63,441 nt of DNA from Rhynchobatus australiae (lineage: Eukaryota), in the NCBI GenBank assembly GCA_034780895.1, contig JAUZTB010000033.1, positions 35,272,895 through 35,336,335 on the forward strand. Reading direction: 5' to 3'. A program made the position numbers and the translations under genes. The number at the start of each line of letters is the position of its first letter. Position 1 is the stretch's first letter. Below, one piece after another: positions 25,271 through 37,345 of the stretch. The notes beneath the pieces were generated by a model. The model was not told where the DNA came from. It searched no databases and saw only the letters and a program-made list of their open reading frames with translations.

Positions 25271-28200
25271 AAAACCTCTAATAAAGTATACTGTACAATG
25301 TATTCTAAAGTACAATGGTTGTGGTGGGAAAGAATAGATGAGACAGGAAACAGTTCAATGAAAAAAGGGAAAATAGGCAAAAATATTAGAAAATGCACAT
25401 AATGCAAAATGAAGTATTCAGTCTACCATCTACCACCACCACAGTTGATTTCCTAATGATAAGGACTTCATTTATATTTTTTTCAGAAATAACATCCCAA
25501 GTGTTGAGAAATGGGATGCATGGTATCCCTATGAGTCGTCCAGATTTAAATGGGAGTACCAACTGGTTTGAGAACGTACTTCCTAAGAATGGTACATAGC
25601 CCAGCAAATATCATTCAGTGTGGATAGAGTTTTCATTTACTCCATTACAAGACAGTAGAAAATATAGGCTTATGTATCCTTTGCTGCATACTTCCTCTTT
25701 GCAAGAGGCAATATTTTCCTATGCTTCCTAGTGCTCACCCAGCTTTGCATACACTAACACATTTTCAGTCAACAATCCTTCAATATTTTAAGCAAACTAC
25801 ATGCCTCAAAGTCACCTGTAACTGAAGAGCTCACTGTGGGTTGTGGGAAATAATGTGGTGCTGCATGGTTTAAAGGTCTGCAGGAACTTTAAGAGATGGG
25901 CGTAGTGAGAATGCCAAAGAAGGATTGATAGACCTCATTATCTGGGGCAAAGGAGAATCACCCTATTCAACAAAATATTCAACACACAAGGAGAGAAGCC
26001 CAAGAGTATTGGAAAGATATGTCCAGCCAGCGAATGAATACTCAACCAACCTACATGTATCCACATATAAGGGAAGAAAATGTACAGATCGCATCAGCTA
26101 CAACTAAATCCCCTGTTGGTTAGATTGATAATCATTATTTAGGCTTCTATGATGAGGCCATTTTGTAAACAATACTGCACATTGTGCAGAACACCAATAA
26201 GTTCCTGGGGACACTAAAGGGAATAGCTTGTAGAGTACTCCAAGTCATCCCATACACTAGGATGTTCAATTATTGCCCCACTGTGTGAATGGGCCTCACC
26301 AGTACACTCATTTATTCTATTTCAGACAAGAAGGAAAAAAGCAGTAAATGAAGCTAAAACTAATGGTAATCCAGACTGGAATGTCTTTTCATTTTATGTC
26401 ATTGTCTTAAATTATTATTGAACAAAGACAGATGTTAGAAAGCCAAAGCAAGAGGCCACCCCTGGATTATGGAGTGTAGAAAGAATATTTTGAAATCAGG
26501 AGGAAGTGACAAGAAGTTGGATTTTAAAGCCTCGTGTCTGCAGAGCTAGGGGAAGACTGAGGAATTCTGCAATTTCATGGGTCTGAAAGAGTGTTAGAAT
26601 TGATAAAAAGATGGTGATTCTTGATACTCAAACAGCAAGAGAGCAGGTAGGGATTGAATCAAGATTGGGAAGATCCAGAGAGGAAAGCCAGAGGAGCACT
26701 GTTTATGGAGAACCCACATAACAATCAGAAGAAAACTTATGAGAGAACAAATAGCATCATATCCACAATTCTTACTGAAGTGTTGAAAGGAATGCTTATA
26801 ATTGTTCTGAATCTCCAGAGCCAGGTGAAAGATTATTACAGCAAATAGCAAACTCTGCATGACAAGAAAGAGTAAAGTTGCACTGGTGGAGTCAGATAAA
26901 ATCTATAATACACAAGAGAAAGGTCTCTATTGCAGAAGGGAGCCAAGTCCCACTGCACTGTCTCGTGCGATCTCTTTCCAAATATTTATTTAAAATCCAG
27001 TTTCTTTTCCAATCCCAGAAAGCATGTTTAGGAAATGTGAATATAAAGAGATTTCCTACATAAGTTCAAACTCTTTGGTCCAAGTCAGCTTTGCATTGCT
27101 GCCAGAGTACAAGGGTTTCCCTTCCCTAGCTCAGACAGCTGGTAATTATTAACAGCCACAATTTGTCTGTGAGTTATAAAAAAATTAAAAACACAAGTGT
27201 GTATGTATTGTTTAGGACTTTTTAAGGACTCACTTCTGGCTGTTAATATCCCATCCATTTTCTCAAACTGGAGCTGATTCAAGAGGATTTCCTTCTGTAA
27301 TGTACAGTTTGTCACTCTCTTGGCAGCAGCACTCTACAATCTTTTTCCCACTTATGAAGCTCCCTACTTGAAACATCAAATTATAAGTCTCTCAGCCTCC
27401 TTTTTCCTCATTGTCTCCATTCCTCTCCTAACAACAATGGGGTAGACTTTCCCATTCTTGCATTTGGATTACCTGGATATAACACAAGAAACTCTGCTAC
27501 AGAGAATCACATCAATCATAACATAATTCACCCAATTCAGAATCCAATTAAATTAAAAGACAGGAATATCTGTCAGGTTCACTGTTGCAATGCCTACTTC
27601 ATCCTCATTATACAATGTTCGGGATGATCCAATGTCTAGAGATTGGAACAAAAAAGTCTTTATTTATGATTGTATGCTTTACATAGATGGATGGAACTGT
27701 ATTCTGGTATGTTAGCCGAGTTCAATTTTTCTTATTGAGAGAGCTTGGAATAGTTAAAGCCATTAGGGAAATCAAGTTTGGGAAGCATCACAACTCAACT
27801 GGTCCTGTCCTCATTTACTGTTCGAACATCCACACCATCTTCATTGTTGCTGAACTCAGATCAACTACCTCACCAAATTCTAAAAAACAGTTGGTGTTTA
27901 CTGCATAGTCCATTCACCGCATGCGCTGGTGGAGAGGGTGGGGGGAAACCATCTGTGTCTGCTTTTTGCATGCGCCAAATAGTATTTTGCTATGTTCAAA
28001 TACACAGGAGCTGCATCAATTCCCTCATAACCCTGATCACACTCAGTAAAAAAAAGGCTCACTACAGAATCTGCTCCTTCATACGTAAACACGGGGAGAC
28101 AGTAGGATAAGAAAGTAAGTCCTATGTAGCTACAGGAAGCACACATTTCACATTTTAATCCTAAAATCAAGACAAAATAGCCCAGTGTTAATCTTCTATA

Positions 28201-28399
28201 ATCAGTTACACTATCCAAGAAAATAGCAATGAGAGTAGATGAACTGGAGGTTGATCTTCATAACAATTAATTACAGAATGGGTAAAGGATGGAAGGATAT
28301 ATGTAACTCTCCAGTGAAATATTGGGAAAATTCTTGGTTGTTCAACTTGTGAATGTGGTTTATGCTTCTGTCCCAGCAATGCAAAGAAAAAGGCGATGA

Positions 28400-29040
28400 G
28401 GATAGTTTGGCGACAGAAAGTGATGGAGGGTGAAAGCTGAGAGAGGAAAAACAAGAAAAGGTAGGATGAGGGACAAACAGAGAGAAAGAAAACCAGAGTA
28501 ACAGGGAGAAACATTGGGACAAATGGACAAAAGGGAAGAGAAAGAAAAAAAGACAAAACTCAGAGGGTGAAGAAATTGGAGGAGGTTAGAGAAAGTTAGA
28601 GGAAATGGTAAGAAAGGGAAAAAGTAAAACAAAGGAAAAGCATGAAATTAAAAAAAGTTTGAAATTCTCAACAGATCAGGCAGTATTTGTGGAGAGAAAA
28701 ACAGAGTTCTTTCTTAGACTGAGAAATAATAGAGACAGGCATTGAGAATGTTACAAAGACAGGAGGAAGCAGATAGGAAAGAGAGGGCCATAGACATGGG
28801 AGAACTAGAGAGAGGGACAAGAAAATGAAAAATCATGACATGAAGACACAAAGAAAGAGAGGGGAGGAAAGCAGAAGAGCTGGATAGATGGAGAAAGGTG
28901 CAGTGCAGTAATGAGAAAGAGAGAAAGAAGAATTTAGAGCAGAAAGGCAGAAATTTCTGGGAAAGTCATGCAAGTAGTGAAAGAGAGCAAGAGAAAAGCT
29001 GAAGATAGGAAGTAATAGACACAGTAAAACCACGAATAAG
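28400..29040. repeat. Purine-rich (GA) low-complexity tract
   Basis: Long G/A-rich stretch; similar tracts at ~31800-32040 and ~40110-40300, with a CT-rich tract at ~58150-58300. Confidence 0.7.
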
Positions 29041-29813
29041 GGCATTTAGATTATTAAATATAAGGAATCTTTATATTTCTGTTCTACATAAAGAAAGACA
29101 GTTGGCTGGAAGATGTGCACCCTTTGTTTCTGAAAGGCAAGTATCAGCTTCAGTCTTAATCCCACATGCTGATACTTGGTCTTACCAGATTTACACAAAA
29201 TGCCAGAGATACGTTAAATTTTATCAAGCAAACATTGGACAAGAGCTATAGCAAGAAATATATAAGCTTTATAGTACCATTGTCATGTTAACCCTGAGGC
29301 TTGACCAGCAACTTTGAACAAAATGCCTTCAGTACAATGTTAACCGATACAGTGGAGCCTGTTTATTATCATTCTTCAATATTCCATGACATAATTTTTC
29401 TAGGACATTAAACCAATATTGTTATATTGTCAATGAATCATTGAACTAGACATTTTTGTTTTCAGCTGTTCAGTAAGCCACCTTGGTGCAAAGCACTCTA
29501 TTGTCCAATGAATCTTTTCAGCCATTCTGTGACAGGCGCATGGAAATTTGCCTGCTTTTCTCACCTGTTGAACAATATTTTTGCCCCTCAGTTCTTAAAC
29601 TTACCTCCTTCCTGTACAGTTCTCTTTAGTTACTGATAATAAAGGGCTCCACTGTACCTAGGCTCTGAAATAGTCTCCTGAGTGTTTTAAGCATTAAAAT
29701 GTCTCACCTGTGCCGTGTTCTGTGAATGAAGAACAGAGGAATCAGAGACAGCCAGAGACATTTGTGAACAGTCTCTACACATAGTCAATAATAATCCAAG
29801 AAAAGAAACTGCT

Positions 29814-29860
29814 ATTACCATCCACTCAATGTCCCATTACCATCCACTCAATGTCCCATT
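29814..29860. repeat. Perfect 22-bp tandem duplication
   Basis: attaccatccactcaatgtccc x2 plus att. Confidence 0.9.
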
Positions 29861-31688
29861 CATTGCTGGCAATAATTACATTACTGGATTAATATAGGTA
29901 GTAATAATGCTTTATTACTACCTACTCTTAGTTGATAAACAACCATTAATTGTTGGTAACTCCCTGTCCTGGCAACCACCCAATGTTACGAACATTTCAA
30001 ACTAGATAAGTAGCTATCCAATGTTTGTAATTATCCACTGACTTAATGATGGCCAATTGTTGTATTAACTGCCAGTAATAATTAATTCTTAGCAATAATC
30101 CACAGTTTGTAATAATTCTTCTACTGACAGCCTACTTTTTGTGATTTTAGTTAATTTTGCCATTCATTATGTTTCTCAACTTATACTTTCCCATGTATTT
30201 GCTCCAGTAATTGAACACTCAGACAATTAACTAAATCTCATACTGTCTTCAGGCAACATGTTCTGCATTCAGAATATAACTTCTACTGAGTTCTGGATTA
30301 CTGGGTAAACAGCAAAACAGACTTAAATCAAGGAGAATGAGTATCATTCAGAGAAACTCCAGCTGCAACCACATGTTTCATCTCTCTGTCACAACCAATC
30401 TTATTCCCTTCCATTTATGTCAATGATACAATACTTTATCCCCATCCTAACTCTTAGCCCTACCCTACCAGCCTGTGATTCTCAACAAAAAACATAACCA
30501 ATAGTAAACTCCATATGTTTGCCTGTATTTTATTATTAATGCCTGAACAACATTCTATAGTTTAAAAGAGACATGTATGCACTTGGGTAGTTACATTTCA
30601 AAGCAGCACACAGCATGATGACCATGAAGGCCGTGGTGCAACAATTCACATTGGAGATGGTTGCAGCTGCACCATGTAGGTCCTTGCTGCAAATAATGTT
30701 CATCACTCACATCGTTGTCAACTACTACTGGTGTGTACAAAAGGGACCCCATTTAAAATTGTGGACATGATCTCCTTTTATGTCTCACAACCCATCACAA
30801 TGGCAAAAGACTCAGTCTGTCACAGGTACCAAACAACCATGTGCCAATTTGGCCAGAATTAGCTAGGCAGCAGCAGGGTTGAATCAGGTTGCTGCCCTCA
30901 AATGTGCCCACATTCAAGGGAAGTCAGCTAGAGGTTTCATTCTCATGGACATCCAATGATTCCTTCTGGAAAAATGTCCAGGTGTGGAAATCAAGTGCAG
31001 ACAGTATTAACTTCTTGGAGTGAAAGAGCCTGTAGACTATGCCTAGTCACAAGAATTGAGACTCAGATGAACTGCCAAAGTTGGTAATAATATGGAATCA
31101 ACAGAAAGAGGCAAGCAGCTGGCACTTTCACATAGCTCTCTGCATAAGCTCACAGGAAGTCATTTACAATATGATGATATCCCACTAACTCCCATTAATT
31201 CCATTGCCAGTGTCCCCGATACCTGTACACAGTGCTGGCAAGATCCTACCATTCAANNNNNNNNNNNNNNNNNNNNNNNNNNNNNNNNNNNNNNNNNNNN
31301 NNNNNNNNNNNNNNNNNNNNNNNNNNNNNNNNNNNNNNNNNNNNNNNNNNNNNNNNNNNNNNNNNNNNNNNNNNNNNNNNNNNNNNNNNNNNNNNNNNNN
31401 NNNNNNNNNNNNNNNNNNNNNNNNNNNNNNNNNNNNTAATTCACAGTTTACTGAGTAACAGCTCTAGAACTGAAAATGGAAATAAGGTGCAACCAGTGAC
31501 TTGGTCAGCTTCTAATGTGCACTGTCACTCTAAAACAAATTTGGGAAACAATGACAATACAAACAAAATACTTGACATTACAAAAACTGCTAAGGTTTAA
31601 AATTACATGACATCCCAGAATTCAATAAAGTTACAACCGAAGACCAGACTAAACTACCCATGGATACAAAAGTTAGAATTAGCCTTAC

Positions 31689-31779
31689 CCGGACAATAAT
31701 TCTTTCCGAGATCTGAGCAGCCACAAGGTGGTTCTGATTCTGGGTCTGAACTTGAAGGGCTACCACCAGCATGAAGTAC
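31689..31779 (-). CDS. MYRF: MYRF exon ~11 (91 nt): [30 protein letters not shown]
   Basis: ttgcag / gtaag; within ORF 31590..31856; phase 2 to 0. Confidence 0.97.
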
Positions 31780-33285
31780 CTGCAAGGGATGGGGAAGAAT
31801 TCAGGGAGAGGGAGAGATGGATGACAGCAAGAGGGAAAGGAGAGTGTCAGAGGCATGGACGGATTAGTTTGGTAAAGAGGTCAAGAGATGAAGGAGAGAT
31901 GGGAATAAATAAGTTTAGAAATAAATAAGGTGGAGGTGAATGGAATGCACCAAAGAAGTGAGAGAAAGTGTGTTAGAAAAAGAGAGATGATGGAAGATAA
32001 AAATGAATTAGAAAAGACCAAAAAATGAAAAATTAATAAATAATATGCACAAAATGTACAACAGCAGCATTGCGCAGTATTAATTCTCAGTTNNNNNNNN
32101 NNNNNNNNNNNNNNNNNNNNNNNNNNNNNNNNNNNNNNNNNNNNNNNNNNNNNNNNNNNNNNNNNNNNNNNNNNNNNNNNNNNNNNNNNNNNNNNNNNNN
32201 NNNNNNNNNNNNNNNNNNNNNNNNNNNNNNNNNNNNNNNNNNNNNNNNNNNNNNNNNNNNNNNNNNNNNNNNNNNNNNNNNNNNNNNNNNNNNNNNNNNN
32301 NNNNNNNNNNNNNNNNNNNNNNNNNNNNNNNNNNNNNNNNNNNNNNNNNNNNNNNNNNNNNNNNNNNNNNNNNNNNNNNNNNNNNNNNNNNNNNNNNNNN
32401 NNNNNNNNNNNNNNNNNNNNNNNNNNNNNNNNNNNNNNNNNNNNNNNNNNNNNNNNNNNNNNNNNNNNNNNNNNNNNNNNNNNNNNNNNNNNNNNNNNNN
32501 NNNNNNNNNNNNNNNNNNNNNNNNNNNNNNNNNNNNNNNNNNNNNNNNNNNNNNNNNNNNNNNNNNNNNNNNNNNNNNNNNNNNNNNNNNNNNNNNNNNN
32601 NNNNNNNNNNNNNNNNNNNNNNNNNNNNNNNNNNNNNNNNNNNNNNNNNNNNNNNNNNNNNNNNNNNNNNNNNNNNNNNNNNNNNNNNNNNNNNNNNNNN
32701 NNNNNNNNNNNNNNNNNNNNNNNNNNNNNNNNNNNNNNNNNNNNNNNNNNNNNNNNNNNNNNNNNNNNNNNNNNNNNNNNNNNNNNNNNNNNNNNNNNNN
32801 NNNNNNNNNNNNNNNNNNNNNNNAGGTACTGAGTTCAAAAGCAGGACAGGGTAAATTCTAGTCCTAGGTAAATTGGGAGAAATTGTTTCCATTAGTGGCT
32901 CGAGAACTGGTTCATTTGGTTTAAAGTCATGAGTAAAAGATATAGGAGATATGTGAGGAAATCAATAGGCTGGTCATACTTTGGGACCTCATGAGAACGT
33001 GAAAGATCTATATAAATGAAATCTTTCTTTATTCATCTGTGGGTAATAAGAGTGCATTTTAATGTAGTATTTCATCGAGCTATCTATCACAGACAAGATT
33101 GAATTTATCTTCATTTACCACACACACCCTTCCTAGTGATCAGGCATAGGAATCTGGTTGCTATTTCATCTTGTAGAATAGTGATATTGAGCGACAACTT
33201 GAATACATACACCAGAACCAAATCACATTCGTAAAAGAGGGGAGCCTATTCAGTTTTTCAGGATAAGGAATTGTAATAGTTCTCA

Positions 33286-33456
<171 letters not shown>

Positions 33457-33875
33457 TTAGTACTACTATATTCTCACCTAAATACAAACTCAATTTCTTA
33501 TTCAGTATCTTATAATATATATATTTATCCCACAATCAGTATGTCTTGAAAGACTTAAATATCCATTNNNNNNNNNNNNNNNNNNNNNNNNNNNNNNNNN
33601 NNNNNNNNNNNNNNNNNNNNNNNNNNNNNNNNNNNNNNNNNNNNNNNNNNNNNNNNNNNNNNNNNNNATATCCATTAACACTGCTGTACCTTTTCAATCC
33701 ACTTCACTTTTCAAGTTTACTGTACCCTGTATAAGTTTTACAATTATTATTTAAATTTGACATCTCCATCTTACGATTTGTCACCCAATTTATTACATGA
33801 AAGCAAGAAACAGCCCACCTTATGGAATGTTAAAGGGACAGAATCAATGCTGAACAAACTGTCACATATCCATTC

Positions 33876-33985
33876 AAAATGTTGGAAATACTCAGCAGGT
33901 TAGACAGTATCAACCTGAAACATTAAGTCTGTTTCTCCCTCCAAGTTGTTGACTAACCTGATAAAGTATTTCTAGCATTTTCTGT
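33876..33985. repeat. Short inverted-repeat element (Penelope-terminus/MITE-like family)
   Basis: aaaatgttggaaatactcagcaggttag ... ctaacctgataaagtatttctagcatttt form imperfect ~30-bp inverted arms; related copies at ~5445-5570, ~28650-28710 and ~47415-47600. Confidence 0.6.
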
Positions 33986-34564
33986 TTAAAGTAAAAACTT
34001 TTGACATCTGCAATATTTTGCCATTGGACTTTTGTTAAACATCCACATTGTCTGTGCTCCTCATGCCACCTTGTAACTACAGAAAGCAAACCAAATTAAT
34101 TATTACTTGTCCTTAATTTTCTCCCAAATTTTCATATCTATCAGAATAAATTTAAGACCCTGTAAGTCAGTGATGTACAGCATACAACCAAGGGAAAAGC
34201 CTGCATTTTCTTAGCTCTTTATCATACTTCTTAATTACCTCAAAGCATTTACAGTTCTTTGATCATTGTTACACACACAAACACTCACAAACACATCAAC
34301 ATTCTAAGTATAAGCCTTGATTAAAGCACCAGGAGAATTTACTACTTTTATTCAAATAGTTCCAGTTTCATAAACAGTTCATGCAAAAGAGAGTAACTTG
34401 GAGATGCAAATTAGTATCATTGAATTGGGCTTGATCCCAGATCCTCTGGGTGTTGTTGACTGAGCCAGGCTGATATTTTGATGTACACGTGAAAGTGACT
34501 CTCCATTGATAGGGTGGTCTGATTCCTAAAGTACACAATGAATACCTGTATGAGTTGTACTTAC

Positions 34565-34748
34565 GTGACTGGATTGAAGGGCCGCTTGCTGCGGTCTGAC
34601 TGTGACTGCTCAATATTGATGCTCTGGTTCATTGCNNNNNNNNNNNNNNNNNNNNNNNNNNNNNNNNNNNNNNNNNNNNNNNNNNNNNNNNNNNNNNNNN
34701 NNNNNNNNNNNNNNNNNNNNNNNNNNNNNNNNNNNTCATTGCCTCCAA
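34565..34748 (-). CDS. MYRF: MYRF exon ~9 (77 nt after removing a false gap): [26 protein letters not shown]
   Basis: 34565-34635 encodes [10 protein letters not shown]...PVT. Beyond the N run, 34736-34748 encodes LEAM after a ttggtag acceptor and overlaps the other flank by tcattgc. Donor gtaagt. Confidence 0.92.
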
Positions 34749-35599
34749 CTACCAAAGAACAAGCATAAAAAGATAAGCAAAACACACATTTCCTACTCTC
34801 TTTCAATTTTACTGTTCTGCAAAGCACCTTAATTCTACTCCAAGTAATAATATCAAAAAGTCAGAAATGTATTTGAAATGGTGCCAAGATGATTGTCTCC
34901 TTCCCTTCAAGGGTAAATGGTTCTAATTCAATGAGTCTCCTAAAGGTGGATTTGTAAAATTAATTATTTTAAAATATCCAATCTTCCAGTTTTCATAAGA
35001 AACAATTCAGGCAACTTGCAATAGGCACTGAGTGGCACAATGATCTTTGTTTCCTGAGGATGTGAATTCAAATTAGAGAACACCTTTGATATAAACTTAA
35101 AACCTAACAACTGTAGCCTGTCTTGGGCCTGAAGACTTATGATTTTCTTTGACATCCAACCTAACACACATATACTTTGACCCTGAGGAGCTCAGATCAG
35201 GTGGCCAGACTGTACAATGAAGCCATACACTGAAATAGGAAACACAGTGCTACTTGCATTCTCCAAGCTATTTGTAGGCAATCAGCCCTATCGCTGCCCA
35301 CAGTACTGAGCCTTACTGCATTTATTTACAAAAAAGCCAGTTCAGCCTCACCCCAACTTCAACCTGACAACTTAGAATTCTTTTTGATACTCGAGCTGAA
35401 CTTTACAAATGTAGTTGGGTTCCACCAGCCTGACGTTTGGTAGCCAGGTTCTAGTTCAAGTCTGTTCCAGACTGGGGAAAGTACCCTTTGCCAGTTGCAA
35501 TGGGCCACAATGTTAAACTTCTTTAGTTGCATTTAACGTTAAATTTGGAATCTCAATAATTCTCTCAGCACTTCCTTAAATATCTGATTTGCTCCACAA

Positions 35600-35935
35600 C
35601 TAGCACACTATGTGTTGTATACAAGGCACTTTGCTCCTCTAGGCTTCGAAGAATTTATCTTCTAAATCCACTACCATGTAAAAGTGTAAGTGCAGCAGGT
35701 ACATGGAATCATCACCATTCCAAGTTTCCAGCCATGTCACAGGCTCAGAAATATTACCATCTCCTCATCCTCACTGGGACAAAGTCATCAAACTTCCTGC
35801 ATGACTACACTGTGGAGGAACCTTCAGTATGTGAAGTGCAATGGTTCAATGGGATGGATCACCACCACCTCTCTGAAGGATGTTCAATAAATGCAAAGCC
35901 TTCCTGGTAGCATCCAGATCCAAAGAATAAATTAA
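35600..35935 (+). mobile_element. L2/CR1-group LINE 3' tail
   Basis: Similar to 9650-9960 (caccacc...aagg...aataaatgc...gccttcctggtagcatccagatcc). Confidence 0.55.
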
Positions 35936-36324
35936 GAAAGGGAGAGGTGGCAAGATACCTTTATAGGCAATTGAAGAATATCGTATTGACATAGCCAGAG
36001 TGCAAAACTAGATAGGAGGTAGGCATTGCAATCCTCCCACCCATCTGGTCTTTAATCAGAGGCCAACTTGCTTCATTTCCATTCAATTGGTGAGCTCACA
36101 ACATTCAACAGCAGCTAACAAGCAACTCACCTATTGTGAATAATATCCCTGACTGGACCATTACAATCTGTAGGCAAGAGCTGGGTGTCTACAAATAGAA
36201 GCTAATTTTGCTTCCACACATTGGTAAAATTGGCAAATGAGAGAAGATACATCCAAGGATTAAATATACCCAGTACAAAAGCTAGCCTACTCCCACTCCT
36301 CCCCTGCCAACAAGTGTCACCCAC

Positions 36325-36520
36325 CTTTACTCCGTGCAATTTCAGGAAGAAGAAATCAATTGGTTTGAGCCCCTCGGGGGTTTTCACATATTTTGGGTCA
36401 CCCATCATGCCAACATAAACAGTGACCTGGAAGTGGTTCTTCTTTTGGCAAACAAAAGCATCATCAGGGACAGAGAAGTTAAAGCCTTTGTCAGCATCTA
36501 CTCTGTAGCTAGGATTGGGT
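36325..36520 (-). CDS. MYRF: MYRF exon ~8 (196 nt): [65 protein letters not shown]
   Basis: ttttacag / gtgggt; NDT80/PhoG-like DBD core; phase 2 to 0. Confidence 0.97.
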
Positions 36521-36954
36521 CTGTAAAAGAAAGGAGAAAATTCAGGAGAGATACTACTGTCACCTTATGTATAACCACAGACACTTAATCATTATCGTTT
36601 TCATTATAAAATGTCTTTTTCAAACAGAAGGAAAAATGGACTACTGTGGNNNNNNNNNNNNNNNNNNNNNNNNNNNNNNNNNNNNNNNNNNNNNNNNNNN
36701 NNNNNNNNNNNNNNNNNNNTCAAAGGAATTTAGGGAGGGAGAGAACCCAAGACTAACAGCTCTGTCATTAATTATGAGGAAAATATACAGAGAGAGAGTA
36801 AGAGGACTGAAGAAGGGAACTCAGGGAGGAAGGCAAGACTACAGGAGCTGTACAAAGATAAGGGCGGGCATGTTTCATTCAATGCACCAGGACAATGGAA
36901 ATCGCTCTAGGTCAAAGAAGACTGGGGCGATTGCAAACAGAACAGAATCAAGAC

Positions 36955-37345
36955 TCTGAGATCATCACGGAACAACCCTCCCCACCACTGAGGACATCTT
37001 CAAGAGGCAGTCCCTCAAGAAGGTGGTATCCATCATTAAGGACCCTCACCACCTGGGACATGCCTTCTTCATGTTACTACCATCAGGGAGGAGGTACAGA
37101 ATCCAGAAGACCCACACTCAATGTTTCAGGAACAAATCTTCTCCTTCGCCATCAGATTTCTNNNNNNNNNNATTTCTGAACGGTCCATGAACCCATGTAC
37201 ACTACCTCATTATTCCTCTTTTGCACTATTTATTTTTGTAACTTACAGTAATTGTTATGTCTTTATGTTTTGCACTGTACTGCTGCTGCTGCAAAACAAC
37301 AAATTTCACAACACGTCAGTGATAATAACCTGATTCTGAATCTGA
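36955..37345 (+). mobile_element. Rex1-like LINE 3' end
   Basis: atccatcattaaggaccctcaccacc...ctaccatcagggaggaggtacaga (IIKDPHHP...LPSGRRYR-like) and tail tgctgctgcaaaacaacaaatttc...gataataacctgattctga. Confidence 0.7.

Noticed and set aside
28206-29045. Hydrophobic F/L/S-rich ORFs resembling membrane proteins (also 40056-40331)
   Set aside because: Translation artefacts of CT/GA low-complexity tracts.
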